Positions 1 through 10,518 of a DNA stretch of 64,000 bases are shown here, one piece after another. The stretch comes from an uncultured virus (IMG/VR IMGVR_UViG_3300028886_001624) (lineage: Duplodnaviria > Heunggongvirae > Uroviricota > Caudoviricetes), in IMG/VR virus record IMGVR_UViG_3300028886_001624, positions 1 to 64,000 of that record; one strand, 5' to 3'. The notes beneath the pieces are model-generated. The model was not told the DNA's origin. It saw nothing but the letters and a program-made list of their open reading frames with translations, and did not search any database. The translations under genes and the position numbers were made by a program. The number at the start of each line of letters is the position of its first letter. The stretch's first letter is position 1.

Positions 1-139
1 GGGGGGGGGGGGGTGGAACATCCGGATTGTAGTGCATAGCACCATCGGCCACAACATAACTTACGTTTGGCTTCGGATAATCTGTGGCAACGTATGCTGT
101 ATAATCAGCGGCAGTTGCAAATTCTTTAACATACTTCAT
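1..139 (-). CDS. N-terminal leader of a BspA-like LRR gene, running off the window through a poly-C tract (partial)
   Basis: ATG at 139 reads MKYVKEFATAADYTAYVATDYPKPNVSYVVADGAMHYNPDVPPPPP; close paralogue of the leaders at 26066 and 47948. Confidence 0.8.
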   Translation of the reverse strand, partial: MKYVKEFATAADYTAYVATDYPKPNVSYVVADGAMHYNPDVPPPPP

Positions 140-232
140 AATTATTATTTTTTAAAGTTTTAAATTAAGTTATTTTAACAATAAATATTGAAATATATCA
201 TAAAATCATTTCGTTGTTTCAGATTTTTTTGG

Positions 233-240
233 TACTTTTG
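233..240 (+). promoter_or_regulatory. Bacteroidota-type -7 promoter element TAnnTTTG (also 4969, 21015, 34124, 39478, 44254, 48588, 49429, 52343, 58006, 62744)
   Basis: Same octamer, followed by CA and often preceded by TTTTATA, sits just upstream of gene or tRNA starts; matches the known Bacteroides primary-sigma -7 consensus. Confidence 0.75.
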
Positions 241-269
241 CACCGAAAATCAATCAAAAAACAAAAAAC

Positions 270-1004
270 ATGTGTAAAGTGAGTATTGAAATACCACAAG
301 AATTACTGAACTATTCGGATGGTATTGCAAGGGTAAATGTTAATGACAAGTTGAATTTCGTTAACAAGAACGGCGAACTTTTAAGCAAGGAGTGGCTCGA
401 TGATTGTTGGAATTTCCATGAAGGTTTTGCCAACGTTGAACTCAATGGTAAATATAACGTTATTAACAAGAACGGTGAACTCTTAAGCAAGGAGTGGTTT
501 GATGATTGTTGTGGTGATTTCTGTGAGGGTTTCAGTGGAGTTATACTTAATCATAAATATAATTATATTGACAAGGACGGAAACTATTTAAGTAAACAAT
601 GGTTTGACTATTGTGATGATTTCCATGAAGGTTTTGGAAAAGTTGAACTTAATAAAAAGTATAACTTCATCGACAAGAGTGGTAACTATTTAAGTAAACA
701 ATGGTTTGACTATTGTGATGATTTCAACGAAGGGTTTGCAAGGGTCACACTGAATGGAAAGTGGAATTATATTGGCAAGAAGGGTAACATTATAAGTGAG
801 CAGTGGTTTGATAATTGTCTTCGTTTTCATGAAGACTTTGGTGCTATCAAGGTTTATGATAAGTGGAATTTCATTGATAAGAATGGTAATATATTATCCA
901 AACTGTGGTTTGATGATTGCGGTGCTTTCTATGGGGGCTTTGCGATGGCTCAACTTAATGGAGAATGGAAATCTATCGACAAGAACGGTAAACTTTTAAA
1001 ATAG
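270..1004 (+). CDS. WG-repeat (KWG-like) protein
   Basis: ~35-aa repeats FxEGFAxVxLNGKxNxIDKxGxxLSxxWFD. Confidence 0.85.
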   Translation: MCKVSIEIPQELLNYSDGIARVNVNDKLNFVNKNGELLSKEWLDDCWNFHEGFANVELNGKYNVINKNGELLSKEWFDDCCGDFCEGFSGVILNHKYNYIDKDGNYLSKQWFDYCDDFHEGFGKVELNKKYNFIDKSGNYLSKQWFDYCDDFNEGFARVTLNGKWNYIGKKGNIISEQWFDNCLRFHEDFGAIKVYDKWNFIDKNGNILSKLWFDDCGAFYGGFAMAQLNGEWKSIDKNGKLLK

Positions 1005-1013
1005 AATGGAATC

Positions 1014-1652
1014 ATGAATGATAGTTTTTTAAACATGAGAATTCCAAGGAACCTCTTATCGTATAATGAAGGTGTCGCAAAGGTAAATCTTAACGGAAAG
1101 TGCAATTTCGTTAATGAGAATGGAGAACTCTTAAGTGAACAGTGGTTTCAATTTTGTGATGATTTCAACGAAGGTTTTGGTGGAGTTCAATTTAATGGAA
1201 GGTGCAATTTCGTTAACAAGAACGGTGAAATCTTGAGTGACCAATGGTTTGATAATTGTGGTAGTAAATTCAACGAAGGTTTTATATGGGTTGAACTTAA
1301 TTGCAGATGTAATTTCATTAACAAGAATGGTAATATCTTAAGCAAGCGGTGGTTTGACGATTGTTATGGTTTCCATGAAGGCTTTGCAATGGTTAAACTC
1401 AATGGTAAATGGAATTTCATTGATAATAATGGAAATATTTTAAGTGACCAATGGTTTGATAGTTGTTGGGATTTTATCAATGGTCTTGCAAAGGTTGAAC
1501 TTAATGATAAGTTTAATTTCATTGGCGAGGATGGTAACATCTTAAGCAAGCGGTGGTTTGACTATTGTTTGGACTTCAAAGAAGGTTTTGGAACGGTTAA
1601 GGTGAATGGTATGTTTTATAAAATTAACAAGAACGGTAAACTTTTAAAATAA
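1014..1652 (+). CDS. WG-repeat protein
   Basis: Same repeat; tandem paralogue. Confidence 0.85.
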   Translation: MNDSFLNMRIPRNLLSYNEGVAKVNLNGKCNFVNENGELLSEQWFQFCDDFNEGFGGVQFNGRCNFVNKNGEILSDQWFDNCGSKFNEGFIWVELNCRCNFINKNGNILSKRWFDDCYGFHEGFAMVKLNGKWNFIDNNGNILSDQWFDSCWDFINGLAKVELNDKFNFIGEDGNILSKRWFDYCLDFKEGFGTVKVNGMFYKINKNGKLLK

Positions 1653-1659
1653 AAGGGTT

Positions 1660-2604
1660 ATGAACAATGAATTTTTAAATCTTAGTGTACCAAAGGGTAT
1701 GTTACCTAGTGACGGGTCACTTACAAAAATTAAGTTTGGCAGCAAAGAGAATTTCGTTAAGTGTAACGGAGAACTCTTAAGCCACGAGTGGTTTGACAAG
1801 TTCGCTGCTTTCCATGAAGGTTTTGCAATGGTTAAGGCTAGTGGGAAGTATAACTTTATTAATGAGAATGGTGAACTCTTGAGTGAACGGTGGTTTGACG
1901 CTTGTGATAACTTCAAAGAAGGTTTTGCAATAGTTAAATTTAAACGTGAATTCAACTTCATCAATGAGAGGGGTGAACTCTTGAGTGAACAGTGGTTTGA
2001 TTGGTGTGATGACTTTAACGAAGGTTTTGGAACAGTTAAACTAAATGGAAAGTATAATTATATTGACAAAAATGGAAATTTCTTGAGTGAGCAATGGTTT
2101 GATAATTGTGGTGATTTCCATGAAGGCTTTATATGGGTTGAACTAAATGGAAAGTATAACTCTATTGACAAGGACGGAAACATCTTAAGTGAGACATGGT
2201 TTGACAATTGTGATGGTTTCCACGAAGGTTTTGCCGTTATTAGGCTTAATGGTAAGTGGAATTTCATTGATAAGAATGGAAATATATTAGCCAAAGTGTG
2301 GTTTGACCGTTGTTGGGACTTCAATCAAGGGTTCGGTAGGGTTGAAGTTGGTGATAGACGTAACTTTATTGACGAGGATGGTAACATCCTAAGTAACCAA
2401 TGGTTTGATTCGTGTGGTTATTTTGAGGAAGGCTTTGCGGTAGTTAAACTTGGCGGAAAATGGAATTATATTGACAAGAATGGTAACATTTTAAGTGACC
2501 AATGGTTTGATTGGTGTGATGACTTCATCAAAGGTTTTTCAAGTGTTAGACTTAATGGGGAATGGAAATCCATCGACAAGGACGGCAATCTCCATAATAA
2601 ATAA
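1660..2604 (+). CDS. WG-repeat protein
   Basis: Same repeat; tandem paralogue. Confidence 0.85.
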   Translation: MNNEFLNLSVPKGMLPSDGSLTKIKFGSKENFVKCNGELLSHEWFDKFAAFHEGFAMVKASGKYNFINENGELLSERWFDACDNFKEGFAIVKFKREFNFINERGELLSEQWFDWCDDFNEGFGTVKLNGKYNYIDKNGNFLSEQWFDNCGDFHEGFIWVELNGKYNSIDKDGNILSETWFDNCDGFHEGFAVIRLNGKWNFIDKNGNILAKVWFDRCWDFNQGFGRVEVGDRRNFIDEDGNILSNQWFDSCGYFEEGFAVVKLGGKWNYIDKNGNILSDQWFDWCDDFIKGFSSVRLNGEWKSIDKDGNLHNK

Positions 2605-2624
2605 AGTTAGCCAACCATATTAGA

Positions 2625-2655
2625 ATGAGCAACCGGAAAAAGGTTGCTCATTTTT
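2625..2655. terminator. Hairpin terminator between convergent genes
   Basis: ATGAGCAACC / GGTTGCTCAT inverted repeat followed by T run. Confidence 0.7.
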
Positions 2656-4027
2656 CATAAACCATTGAACCACAATCAAATATCCTAAAAACTTTTTTAT
2701 TTTTGGGTATTTTTCTAAAATCTTCCTTCGAAATTCTTTCGATTTTGTTTCCGTACCTAAAGGTATACGACGGCTGTTCTATTGAAACCAACTTAAAGCC
2801 AATTAACTTAAAAACATTTTCTTTGTTTGACCACCTCATATCAACATGAACGGTAAGTTTTTCGTGACTATAGTTTTTTTCAAGATATGATATTAGTTTT
2901 GAAACCAAACCTTGGAACCTATATTTGAGGCTAGTTGCTAACCTAATAACCTCTAGATTCTTACCATTTCTATTGAAAGATAGAACACCGACCAATTCTC
3001 CTTTGAAAAATGCCCCAAGAGTAATATTTGCCCTGCCATATCCTTCCAAACAGTTCTCTTCCAAAAACTTAATCGAGTCACCTCCATCAATCTCATGGAT
3101 TGAACATTTTCTAGCCGGTATCTTTTTTCCTTTATCCATCTGAAGAATGTGAAGCAGTTTTTTCTTGACAATTTCCTTCTTCAACAACCACTCATCTTCG
3201 AAGATATGAATTAGCCTTATTCCATTCTTTTCACAACCAATCGTCTTATTCAAATGGTAATTTGAGTCTTTGGTGAACTCGTCAGAATGCCATTTAAGAC
3301 CATCGTACTCGATTCCAATGTTGTATTTTGGCAGAAAAATATCAACCTCTTTCCTACTTCCCTTTATGAGGTTTCTTTTTCTTTCGACCACTTCAAGACC
3401 GTTTTCCTTAAGAAATTCAACAACCTCTTGTTCTTGACTTGAGACGGAAACACCACATTTCGGACATCCATGTCCACGCAGATGACTATCTATCTCTTGC
3501 TTGAACTCTCCATGTACCGGGCATATGATTGAAACTTTCTCCTTTTGATTCTTAATTGGTTGTTCAATGTACTTGTATTTGTCACCGTGAATCTTATTCG
3601 CTCTTTCAACAAAGTCTTCAAATTTGATGATTTTTCCCTTGTTCCTATTTTCATTTGCGCATTTTGGGCATCCTCTTCCGCTTAAGTGATTCTGTGGTGT
3701 TTGCCAAAATTCTCCGTGCCTTGAACATACAATGCAGACTTTTGTTTCACTATTCACATATTCGACTTTGGAATAATCATACTTGTCACCGTGTACGTTT
3801 TTAGCCTTATCAACAAATTCATCACTCGTATTTTTGTGCTTTCCGCCACATACCGCGCATCCGTTTCCCCTGCTCGTATGGCAGAACGGTATTTGCCAAA
3901 ACTCTCCATGCTTTGGGCATACAATGCAGACCTTGGTACGGTTGTTGACATAGTTTACCTTTGAGTAATCATACTTGTTTCCGTGTACAACCTTAGCCTT
4001 TTGAATGAATAAGTCTCGTTTTGCCAT
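2648..4027 (-). CDS. Zinc-ribbon repeat (DUF723-like) protein with PD-(D/E)XK/Vsr-like nuclease domain; homing-endonuclease-like
   Basis: Repeats HGxKYDYSKV..CPKHGEFWQ..H..GxGCPxC; EVDIFLP..IGIEYDGLKWH; LIHIFEDEW. Confidence 0.75.
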   Translation of the reverse strand: MAKRDLFIQKAKVVHGNKYDYSKVNYVNNRTKVCIVCPKHGEFWQIPFCHTSRGNGCAVCGGKHKNTSDEFVDKAKNVHGDKYDYSKVEYVNSETKVCIVCSRHGEFWQTPQNHLSGRGCPKCANENRNKGKIIKFEDFVERANKIHGDKYKYIEQPIKNQKEKVSIICPVHGEFKQEIDSHLRGHGCPKCGVSVSSQEQEVVEFLKENGLEVVERKRNLIKGSRKEVDIFLPKYNIGIEYDGLKWHSDEFTKDSNYHLNKTIGCEKNGIRLIHIFEDEWLLKKEIVKKKLLHILQMDKGKKIPARKCSIHEIDGGDSIKFLEENCLEGYGRANITLGAFFKGELVGVLSFNRNGKNLEVIRLATSLKYRFQGLVSKLISYLEKNYSHEKLTVHVDMRWSNKENVFKLIGFKLVSIEQPSYTFRYGNKIERISKEDFRKIPKNKKVFRIFDCGSMVYEK

Positions 4028-4032
4028 TCAGT

Positions 4033-4815
4033 CTACGTTAACAGATAAGTCTTCCTCGTTTCTTCCTTTCCCCAATACTTGACCAAATATTCAATCTCCT
4101 TGGAACCATTGTCAGATACCGTCTCATTCAGTATCTCGGTTGAGAATTCCAATTCACCATAACGTTTCTTGTTTATCCAAGCAAGCACACAAACGTAACT
4201 ATCACAAGCATCGAAATTTTCTTTTTTTAGTTCTCCCTTCTTGTCATACAGCCATTCAATATCCGGAAATTTTTCAGATACCTTTCCTTGAATTACTATT
4301 TTCTTATCAATCATCCAAGGATAACCCCCGAACAATACCAAGGAGCATTTCTTGATTTCACTGATAATCTTGGAATATATGTACTGTTTTCCGTTCTTGT
4401 CGTACTTTCTTATTGACATAAGTTCCGGGAATGCATACTTTCTTGCGTCGTATGACGATATGTATTCCGGTGCAATGCCCAATATGTTATAGACACAGTC
4501 CGACACCATTCCGTTGAACCTCAACAAGGTTGAAACAGTATATACATTCGTGCTTCTCATCAGAGGCTCCTCTATTATCACCTCCGATATGCCGATATTC
4601 TGATATTTCCTTATAAACTCCTCAAAAATTCTTTTCTTGAGATAAAGTTTTTCATTTTCATTTGTCTTTGAAGGTATTTTAGGATTAATGTGCGTGAGTT
4701 CTATTATTTTTCCGTACTCTGACCCATCGTCCTCCAAAAGGCATACACCAATACATTGTGTACTTACATCTAGTCCTAATATAATATTATTACTATTAAC
4801 TTTATTATCTTTCAT
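4033..4815 (-). CDS. RuvC-like Holliday junction resolvase
   Basis: ILGLDVST, VIIEE and C-terminal DACDS acidic motifs of the RNase H fold. Confidence 0.65.
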   Translation of the reverse strand: MKDNKVNSNNIILGLDVSTQCIGVCLLEDDGSEYGKIIELTHINPKIPSKTNENEKLYLKKRIFEEFIRKYQNIGISEVIIEEPLMRSTNVYTVSTLLRFNGMVSDCVYNILGIAPEYISSYDARKYAFPELMSIRKYDKNGKQYIYSKIISEIKKCSLVLFGGYPWMIDKKIVIQGKVSEKFPDIEWLYDKKGELKKENFDACDSYVCVLAWINKKRYGELEFSTEILNETVSDNGSKEIEYLVKYWGKEETRKTYLLT

Positions 4816-4993
4816 AACAATACTTAAGAATACATTATAAATATAATATTATTATATTATAATTATTATTTTAATAAAAAATAACATTTAATATAATATA
4901 TTAAATAAAAATAGATAATATAGTTAACATTTTTTATTAAAATACTTGTTTTTTTAACATTTTTTATATATATTTGCATTAAATAAACAATAT

Positions 4994-5350
4994 ATGTGCA
5001 AATTAAGTTTTAATAAAACTCTTGAAAAAACTATTAATGAATACTGCAAAGTTAACGGTATTGAAGATATAAATGCATTCGCAAACCGCTGCGCTTTGCA
5101 TGGACTGAATATTGTCAAGTTCGGAACTTCTCCGGCTGATAATATAGAAAGGGAAAATAACGGAATTAAAGATTTACCAAAGAATGGAAAGAGAAAAAAG
5201 AAAGAAGACATTGTTCCAACAAATGAAGGAGAACAGAATGAAGTCGCAGAACAAGGAAATGACAACAACACCAAAGAAGAAGGAAGTTTACAAGAGAAAA
5301 AAGGAGAATCAGTTAAGGTAAGAAAGATAAAGGTCATAAAGAAGGAATGA
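4994..5350 (+). CDS. Hypothetical protein
   Basis: ORF after promoter; ATGA overlap with next gene. Confidence 0.7.
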   Translation: MCKLSFNKTLEKTINEYCKVNGIEDINAFANRCALHGLNIVKFGTSPADNIERENNGIKDLPKNGKRKKKEDIVPTNEGEQNEVAEQGNDNNTKEEGSLQEKKGESVKVRKIKVIKKE

Positions 5351-6258
5351 AAAGAATAGGTTTTGATGAATTCAAGAAAAGAGCCATAGAAATACACGGA
5401 GAAAAATACCATTATAACGAATCCTCGTATAATGGAATGGCAAATAAAATTGAAATAACTTGTCCAATACATGGAACATTTCTTCAAAAAGCCAGATTAC
5501 ACATAAATGGTTGTGGATGTCCAAAATGTGCAATAGAACAATCTTCTGAAAAACAAAAATTCAAACAAGATTATATTATCAAGCGATTTATGGAAATCCA
5601 TAACAGTTTTTATTCATACGAGAAATTTAAATATAATGGTATGAATAAAAAGAGCGTAGTAACATGTCCAATACACGGGGATTTTGAAATAATGCCATCT
5701 AAACATATAAATGGCAGAGGTTGTTCAAAATGTAGTGGTAAAAGTAGGTTAACAACTGAGGAATTCATTAATAATGCTAAATCTGTTCATGGAGATAAAT
5801 ATGATTATTCGAAAGTAGATTACATAAATGCTATCACAAAGGTTTGTATAATATGTCCAATTCATGGTGAATTTTGGCAAATACCTCATAATCACGTAAA
5901 TGGTGAACAAGGGTGCCCAATATGTAATTTTAGTCATTTGGAATCTAAAGTTAAAAAATTCTTAGATGGACATAATATTAAATACGAGTTTCAAAAGAAA
6001 TTTCCATGGTTAGGTAGAAAAAGTTTGGATTTTTACTTGCCTGATTATAATTTAGCGATTGAATGTCAAGGTAAACAACATTTTGGCCTTGGCGGTTGGA
6101 ACAACAAAGATGCACTTAAATCTATATTAGAAAGAGATAAAATTAAAAAAAGGTTATGTATTGAAAATAATTTAAATATAATATACTTTTCAGATAAAAA
6201 ATATAGGAATGATGTTTTAACTGATGTAAACGATATTTTAAATGTTTTGAAAAAATGA
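5347..6258 (+). CDS. Zinc-ribbon repeat endonuclease (homing-endonuclease-like)
   Basis: Three CPIHG..GCPxC repeats; LDFYLPDYNLAIECQGKQH nuclease motif. Confidence 0.75.
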   Translation: MKRIGFDEFKKRAIEIHGEKYHYNESSYNGMANKIEITCPIHGTFLQKARLHINGCGCPKCAIEQSSEKQKFKQDYIIKRFMEIHNSFYSYEKFKYNGMNKKSVVTCPIHGDFEIMPSKHINGRGCSKCSGKSRLTTEEFINNAKSVHGDKYDYSKVDYINAITKVCIICPIHGEFWQIPHNHVNGEQGCPICNFSHLESKVKKFLDGHNIKYEFQKKFPWLGRKSLDFYLPDYNLAIECQGKQHFGLGGWNNKDALKSILERDKIKKRLCIENNLNIIYFSDKKYRNDVLTDVNDILNVLKK

Positions 6259-8624
6259 TAAATGTAAATAAAAAATCTAAGATTAACATACATTGGAACG
6301 TGTCCCCGTATGACTTCTCAAAGGAGAAGCAAGAATCAGTCGTTGCCAAGGCAAGTAATAAGTTCGGACTTCCAAAGGATAGGATTAAGGTAATCCCAAA
6401 CTTTATTATGAATGTTACGTCCGATGAGTTATCGACACCAAGCAACATAATTCAGAATATCCAAGACCCTTCATTCCAATTAAAGTTATTCAAGGATTAT
6501 CTTGAAATTAACGGTATTAATAACTATGATTTTGAATTAATTAAATCTATAGACTCAGAGATAAATGCAAACATTGACTACCAAGTTTATGACAAATATA
6601 GAAAATATTCAATTAAATGGATTAGATGGGATAATTTTCTGTCTTATGGAGCCAACAACTATATTGATTTTACAAATATCAAGAATCTTGTTCTGTTGAG
6701 CGGTGAACCAGCAAATCAGAGTGGTAAGACAGCGCTCTCAATCGACTTGCTGCATTTTCTTCTCTATGGTACAACCAACCGCTTCAAGACACAAGACAAG
6801 ATATTCAACAAGCATTTGAGGGAGTCAACGAATGTTGTTGTTGAGGGGTGCATTAGCATAGACGGTTCTGACTATATCATCAAGAGGACATTGTCACGCC
6901 CTTCCCTTCAGAAGAGGACTTCAAAGAGCAAGACAACGCAGAAGGTTGAATATTATAGGCTAGTCGGTGACTCAAAGGAAGAACTCGTGGAATATATCGA
7001 TAATCAGCAAGAGGAAAGCACCATACAGACCAACAAGGCCATAAAGGAGGCCATAGGGAGGGAAAGTGACTTTGACTTGATAATGTCCGTCACTGAGTCT
7101 ACACTAGACGAACTGATTGAAAAGAAGGAGGCTGAAAGAGGAAGACTGTTATCTAGATGGATTGGCTTGTTGCCGCTTGAGGAAAAGGATGTCTTGGCAA
7201 GGGAAAAGTTTAACTCTGAAATAAAGCCAAGGTTGTTGTCAAATCAGTTTAACGTTGAAACTCTCACACAAGAGATTGGGGCATATGAGATTAATATCAA
7301 GACATTGAGCGACGAAAATCAAAGGTATGCTGCCGAAAGCAAGAAGGTTGAGAAGGAGGTTGAGAATCTTGAAAAGACAAAATCGACGTTGCTTTCAACA
7401 AAGAGACAAATAGATGAGACACTTCTTAAGATTGACATAACCACGCTGAATGTCACCATAGAGGGCAATATAAGGGACGGGAAGAAGAAATCTGAGGAAC
7501 TAAAGGTAATCTCAGACGAGTTGAATGAAATCGGTGATGTGATGTTTTCAATTGAGGAATATGACTCATTGGTGAATGAGAAAATGAAGGTGAGCAGTGA
7601 AATTGCCGTGATAGGCGAGAAATACAAGAATATCGACCATAACATAAAACACTTGAAATCAAGTGAAATATGTCCAACTTGCCACAGAAAACTAGACAAC
7701 GTGGACAACTCGAAGAGGATTGCCGAACTTGAAGCAGAACTCAAGGGAGTTGTTGAGGATGGAAAGATAAAGAGGGCCATTGAGAGCGAACTCTCATCCA
7801 AGATTGAAAAACTTAAGGTGAATAGGGAACTCTATGAGAAGAAATCCAAGTTGAATGTCAAGAAGTCTGCTCTTGAGGTGAATATTGAAAAACTTAGAGG
7901 GGAATACAAGGAGAATTCCTCCCTTAAGAAAGAATATGAGAAGAACAGCGAGGCAATAGACAATAACAACAAGATAGACATTCAGATTAGGAATACGGAC
8001 TTCTTCATAAAGGAGAAGAGAAACACCCTAGAGACAAATACGGCGTACATTGCGAAGAATGAGGCCGATATAAAGAACCACAAGGAACAAATCGAGGCTA
8101 GGAATGAAATAATAAACAAAATAAAAGAAGAGGAAATCCTATTAAGGAATTGGAAGATATACTTGGAATTGGTTGGAAAGAACGGAATATCCAAGATGGT
8201 TCTCAGAAAGACACTTCCGGTCATCAATGCTAGGCTGTCACAGTTATTGGGTGATGTTTGTGACTTCGATGTTGAAGTCGGCATAAATGAAAAGAACGAG
8301 GTTACATTCTACCTTATTAAAGACGGTGTATATTCTGACTTGTACAGCGGAAGCGGTTTTGAGAAGACCGCATCAGCATTGGCCCTTAGGGCCGTACTAG
8401 CCGACATGTCAACGATACCTAGATGCAACGGTGTAATATGGGACGAGATATTCGGAAGGGTCGCAAAGGAGAACTATGACAACATAAAGCATCTATGCAA
8501 TAAGATTGCGGAATCATATGATTGGATTTTCATTATATCACACATTGACGAAATAAAAGATTGGTGTGATTCCCATATTATCGTGAAGAAAGAAAATAAT
8601 ATCTCGAAAATTGTTTTCGGATAA
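6255..8624 (+). CDS. SbcC/Rad50/gp46-like recombination ATPase
   Basis: Walker A NQSGKT, long coiled coil with CPTC zinc hook, SGSGFEK signature, WDE Walker B, ISH H-loop. Confidence 0.9.
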   Translation: MINVNKKSKINIHWNVSPYDFSKEKQESVVAKASNKFGLPKDRIKVIPNFIMNVTSDELSTPSNIIQNIQDPSFQLKLFKDYLEINGINNYDFELIKSIDSEINANIDYQVYDKYRKYSIKWIRWDNFLSYGANNYIDFTNIKNLVLLSGEPANQSGKTALSIDLLHFLLYGTTNRFKTQDKIFNKHLRESTNVVVEGCISIDGSDYIIKRTLSRPSLQKRTSKSKTTQKVEYYRLVGDSKEELVEYIDNQQEESTIQTNKAIKEAIGRESDFDLIMSVTESTLDELIEKKEAERGRLLSRWIGLLPLEEKDVLAREKFNSEIKPRLLSNQFNVETLTQEIGAYEINIKTLSDENQRYAAESKKVEKEVENLEKTKSTLLSTKRQIDETLLKIDITTLNVTIEGNIRDGKKKSEELKVISDELNEIGDVMFSIEEYDSLVNEKMKVSSEIAVIGEKYKNIDHNIKHLKSSEICPTCHRKLDNVDNSKRIAELEAELKGVVEDGKIKRAIESELSSKIEKLKVNRELYEKKSKLNVKKSALEVNIEKLRGEYKENSSLKKEYEKNSEAIDNNNKIDIQIRNTDFFIKEKRNTLETNTAYIAKNEADIKNHKEQIEARNEIINKIKEEEILLRNWKIYLELVGKNGISKMVLRKTLPVINARLSQLLGDVCDFDVEVGINEKNEVTFYLIKDGVYSDLYSGSGFEKTASALALRAVLADMSTIPRCNGVIWDEIFGRVAKENYDNIKHLCNKIAESYDWIFIISHIDEIKDWCDSHIIVKKENNISKIVFG

Positions 8625-8647
8625 AGTGTTTAACCCTTAAATTAAAT

Positions 8648-9355
8648 ATGAACCAATATGCGAATGACTTTACTAGAACTGTTGAAATATACTACGATGA
8701 CCTAAAAAGGTTTAAGCCGCTGACAAAGTCCATGGAAAGGACTTTGATAAGGAAATGCAAGAAAGGCGATGTTGCGGCAAAGAATAAACTATTGGAGGCG
8801 AACCTAAAGTTCGTTTTCGACATTGCAAAACACTATACCGGTCGAGGGCTTTCAATCTCAGAACTAATCTCAGACGGAAACATGGGCCTCATAAAGGCCA
8901 TAGACAAGTTTGATGAGAAACGTGACATCAAGTTCATATCCTATGCCGTTTGGTGGATAAGGCAATCCATTATGGAATCAATTAAGAAGAAAAACATAAT
9001 GAATTTTGTTGAATTGGCCCCGGATGAGACAATTGACACTAACTTTGATGATGTGGATGACATTGAGTTTGAGGAAAATCAAAGTGATTTTTCAAATGAC
9101 GGCGAATTGGAACGAGAAGAAAGGGCAAGTGAACAGATTGACATTGTCTCTTCGATAATATCAAAGTTGAATGATAGGGAAAGGGACATAATAGAGACAT
9201 ACTATGGATTAAACAACAAGGAAGAATTGACCTTGAGTGAGATAGGCGAAAAATACAATCTGAGCATTGAAAGGGTTCGCCAAATAAGAAACAAGAGTCT
9301 TAAGAAACTGAGAAGCGAACTTTTGTTGTTGTCTGATTTTGAGTATTGCAAGTAA
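8648..9355 (+). CDS. Sigma-70 family RNA polymerase sigma factor
   Basis: NLKFVFDIAKHY, GNMGLIKAIDKFD, KFISYAVWWIRQ; region 4 TLSEIG..SIERVRQI. Confidence 0.92.
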   Translation: MNQYANDFTRTVEIYYDDLKRFKPLTKSMERTLIRKCKKGDVAAKNKLLEANLKFVFDIAKHYTGRGLSISELISDGNMGLIKAIDKFDEKRDIKFISYAVWWIRQSIMESIKKKNIMNFVELAPDETIDTNFDDVDDIEFEENQSDFSNDGELEREERASEQIDIVSSIISKLNDRERDIIETYYGLNNKEELTLSEIGEKYNLSIERVRQIRNKSLKKLRSELLLLSDFEYCK

Positions 9356-9371
9356 AAAAATTATAAAAAAC

Positions 9372-9379
9372 TATTTATA
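9372..9379 (+). promoter_or_regulatory. Recurrent TATTTAT(A) motif, putative phage late promoter (also 10822, 12818, 24407, 26148 and others)
   Basis: On the coding strand shortly upstream of starts of structural-type genes; appears as ATAAATA ahead of minus-strand genes (181, 26108, 48557). Confidence 0.55.
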
Positions 9380-9398
9380 TATAAAAATTGAAAGAAAT

Positions 9399-9761
9399 AT
9401 GGCAAAGAAAGAGAATACTAAGAAAGTAACTAGTAAGAAGGGCACGAAGAAGGCCGTAAAGCCGTCAACCGTAAATAATGTGGTTGAGGTAAAGGAAGAT
9501 AATCTTTCCAACGATGTTTTGGAGGAGAAGAAAGAGATTGTTGCTGAAGAAGTTGATGCCGTTGTTGCCGAGGGTCATGAAGAAGTGAACGAAACGGTTG
9601 AAGAGGGTCACTTGGAGAATCTGAGTGCCGCAATCGATGAGAACGTAAAGGTAAATCAAGAGCAACAAAATATTAAGAGTGAACCCAAAAAGGTAAGCCT
9701 TAAGAAGAAAATAAGTAATTGGTTCGGTTATTTTTGGAACGGCCAAGAAATTGATTATTAA
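9399..9761 (+). CDS. Hypothetical Lys/Glu-rich protein
   Basis: ORF; start reassigned to MAKKENT after the TATTTATA motif. Confidence 0.65.
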   Translation: MAKKENTKKVTSKKGTKKAVKPSTVNNVVEVKEDNLSNDVLEEKKEIVAEEVDAVVAEGHEEVNETVEEGHLENLSAAIDENVKVNQEQQNIKSEPKKVSLKKKISNWFGYFWNGQEIDY

Positions 9762-9779
9762 AAAAATATTTCATAGATT

Positions 9780-10340
9780 ATGAGTGAAAATAGTATAACA
9801 AAGAAGATGCTCAACACCTTGAGGGAGGGCAGATACGCAAAGGAAATATCCGCCTCAAAGAATTTCCCGAAGGGTAAGGTTGAAGAGAATGATAACTTCT
9901 TGAGAAGGAGCATAGCATTGATGGAAGAGGCCGTAGATAAAAAAAAAGTCTTGACGGAAGACAGTGACGGTGACAGTGATAGTTTTGTCATTTCAAAGGA
10001 TACGCCACAATTCGGGGATATTGTCTCTTCACAAAGGGAAATGATTAAGAAGACAGTCAATGACAACGTGGAGTTCAAGGAAAACGCGCTAAAGTATTAT
10101 CCACATGAAAACGACATGACATTGGATGCCTCCATCCCTTCGCTTAACCTTAGTTTCCGGTTTAGGTATAACGACACGTCCACGGGGTGCTATATATGGT
10201 GCAACCAAACGGTATTGGACGATGAAAATACTAGAACAATAGGAAAAATAAGGGATGCATATGTTAATTGGAGAAATTCCATTACCGCTGAGGATGACCT
10301 AATGGCTAAACTTAAACAAGCCGCAACAAAGAATGGTTAA
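9780..10340 (+). CDS. Hypothetical phage protein
   Basis: 186-aa ORF in operon. Confidence 0.7.
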   Translation: MSENSITKKMLNTLREGRYAKEISASKNFPKGKVEENDNFLRRSIALMEEAVDKKKVLTEDSDGDSDSFVISKDTPQFGDIVSSQREMIKKTVNDNVEFKENALKYYPHENDMTLDASIPSLNLSFRFRYNDTSTGCYIWCNQTVLDDENTRTIGKIRDAYVNWRNSITAEDDLMAKLKQAATKNG

Positions 10341-10518
10341 GCATTGGACAACAAGCCTATTTATTGAGGAAGCCAAAGCCATACACGGTGACAAGTACGA
10401 CTATTCAAAAGCAAAATATGAGAAGAAAAAAACCAAAGTCTGTATAGTATGCCCCAAACATGGCGAATTTTGGCAAACGCCGGATGCCCAATTAATAAAA
10501 AAAATTAAGTTAAAATGA
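10333..10518 (+). pseudogene. Truncated zinc-ribbon endonuclease remnant
   Basis: One partial HGDKYDYSK..CPKHGEFWQTP unit, no nuclease domain. Confidence 0.65.

Noticed and set aside
4816..4993. Replication origin in the very AT-rich gap
   Set aside because: Explained by divergent promoters; no iterons seen.
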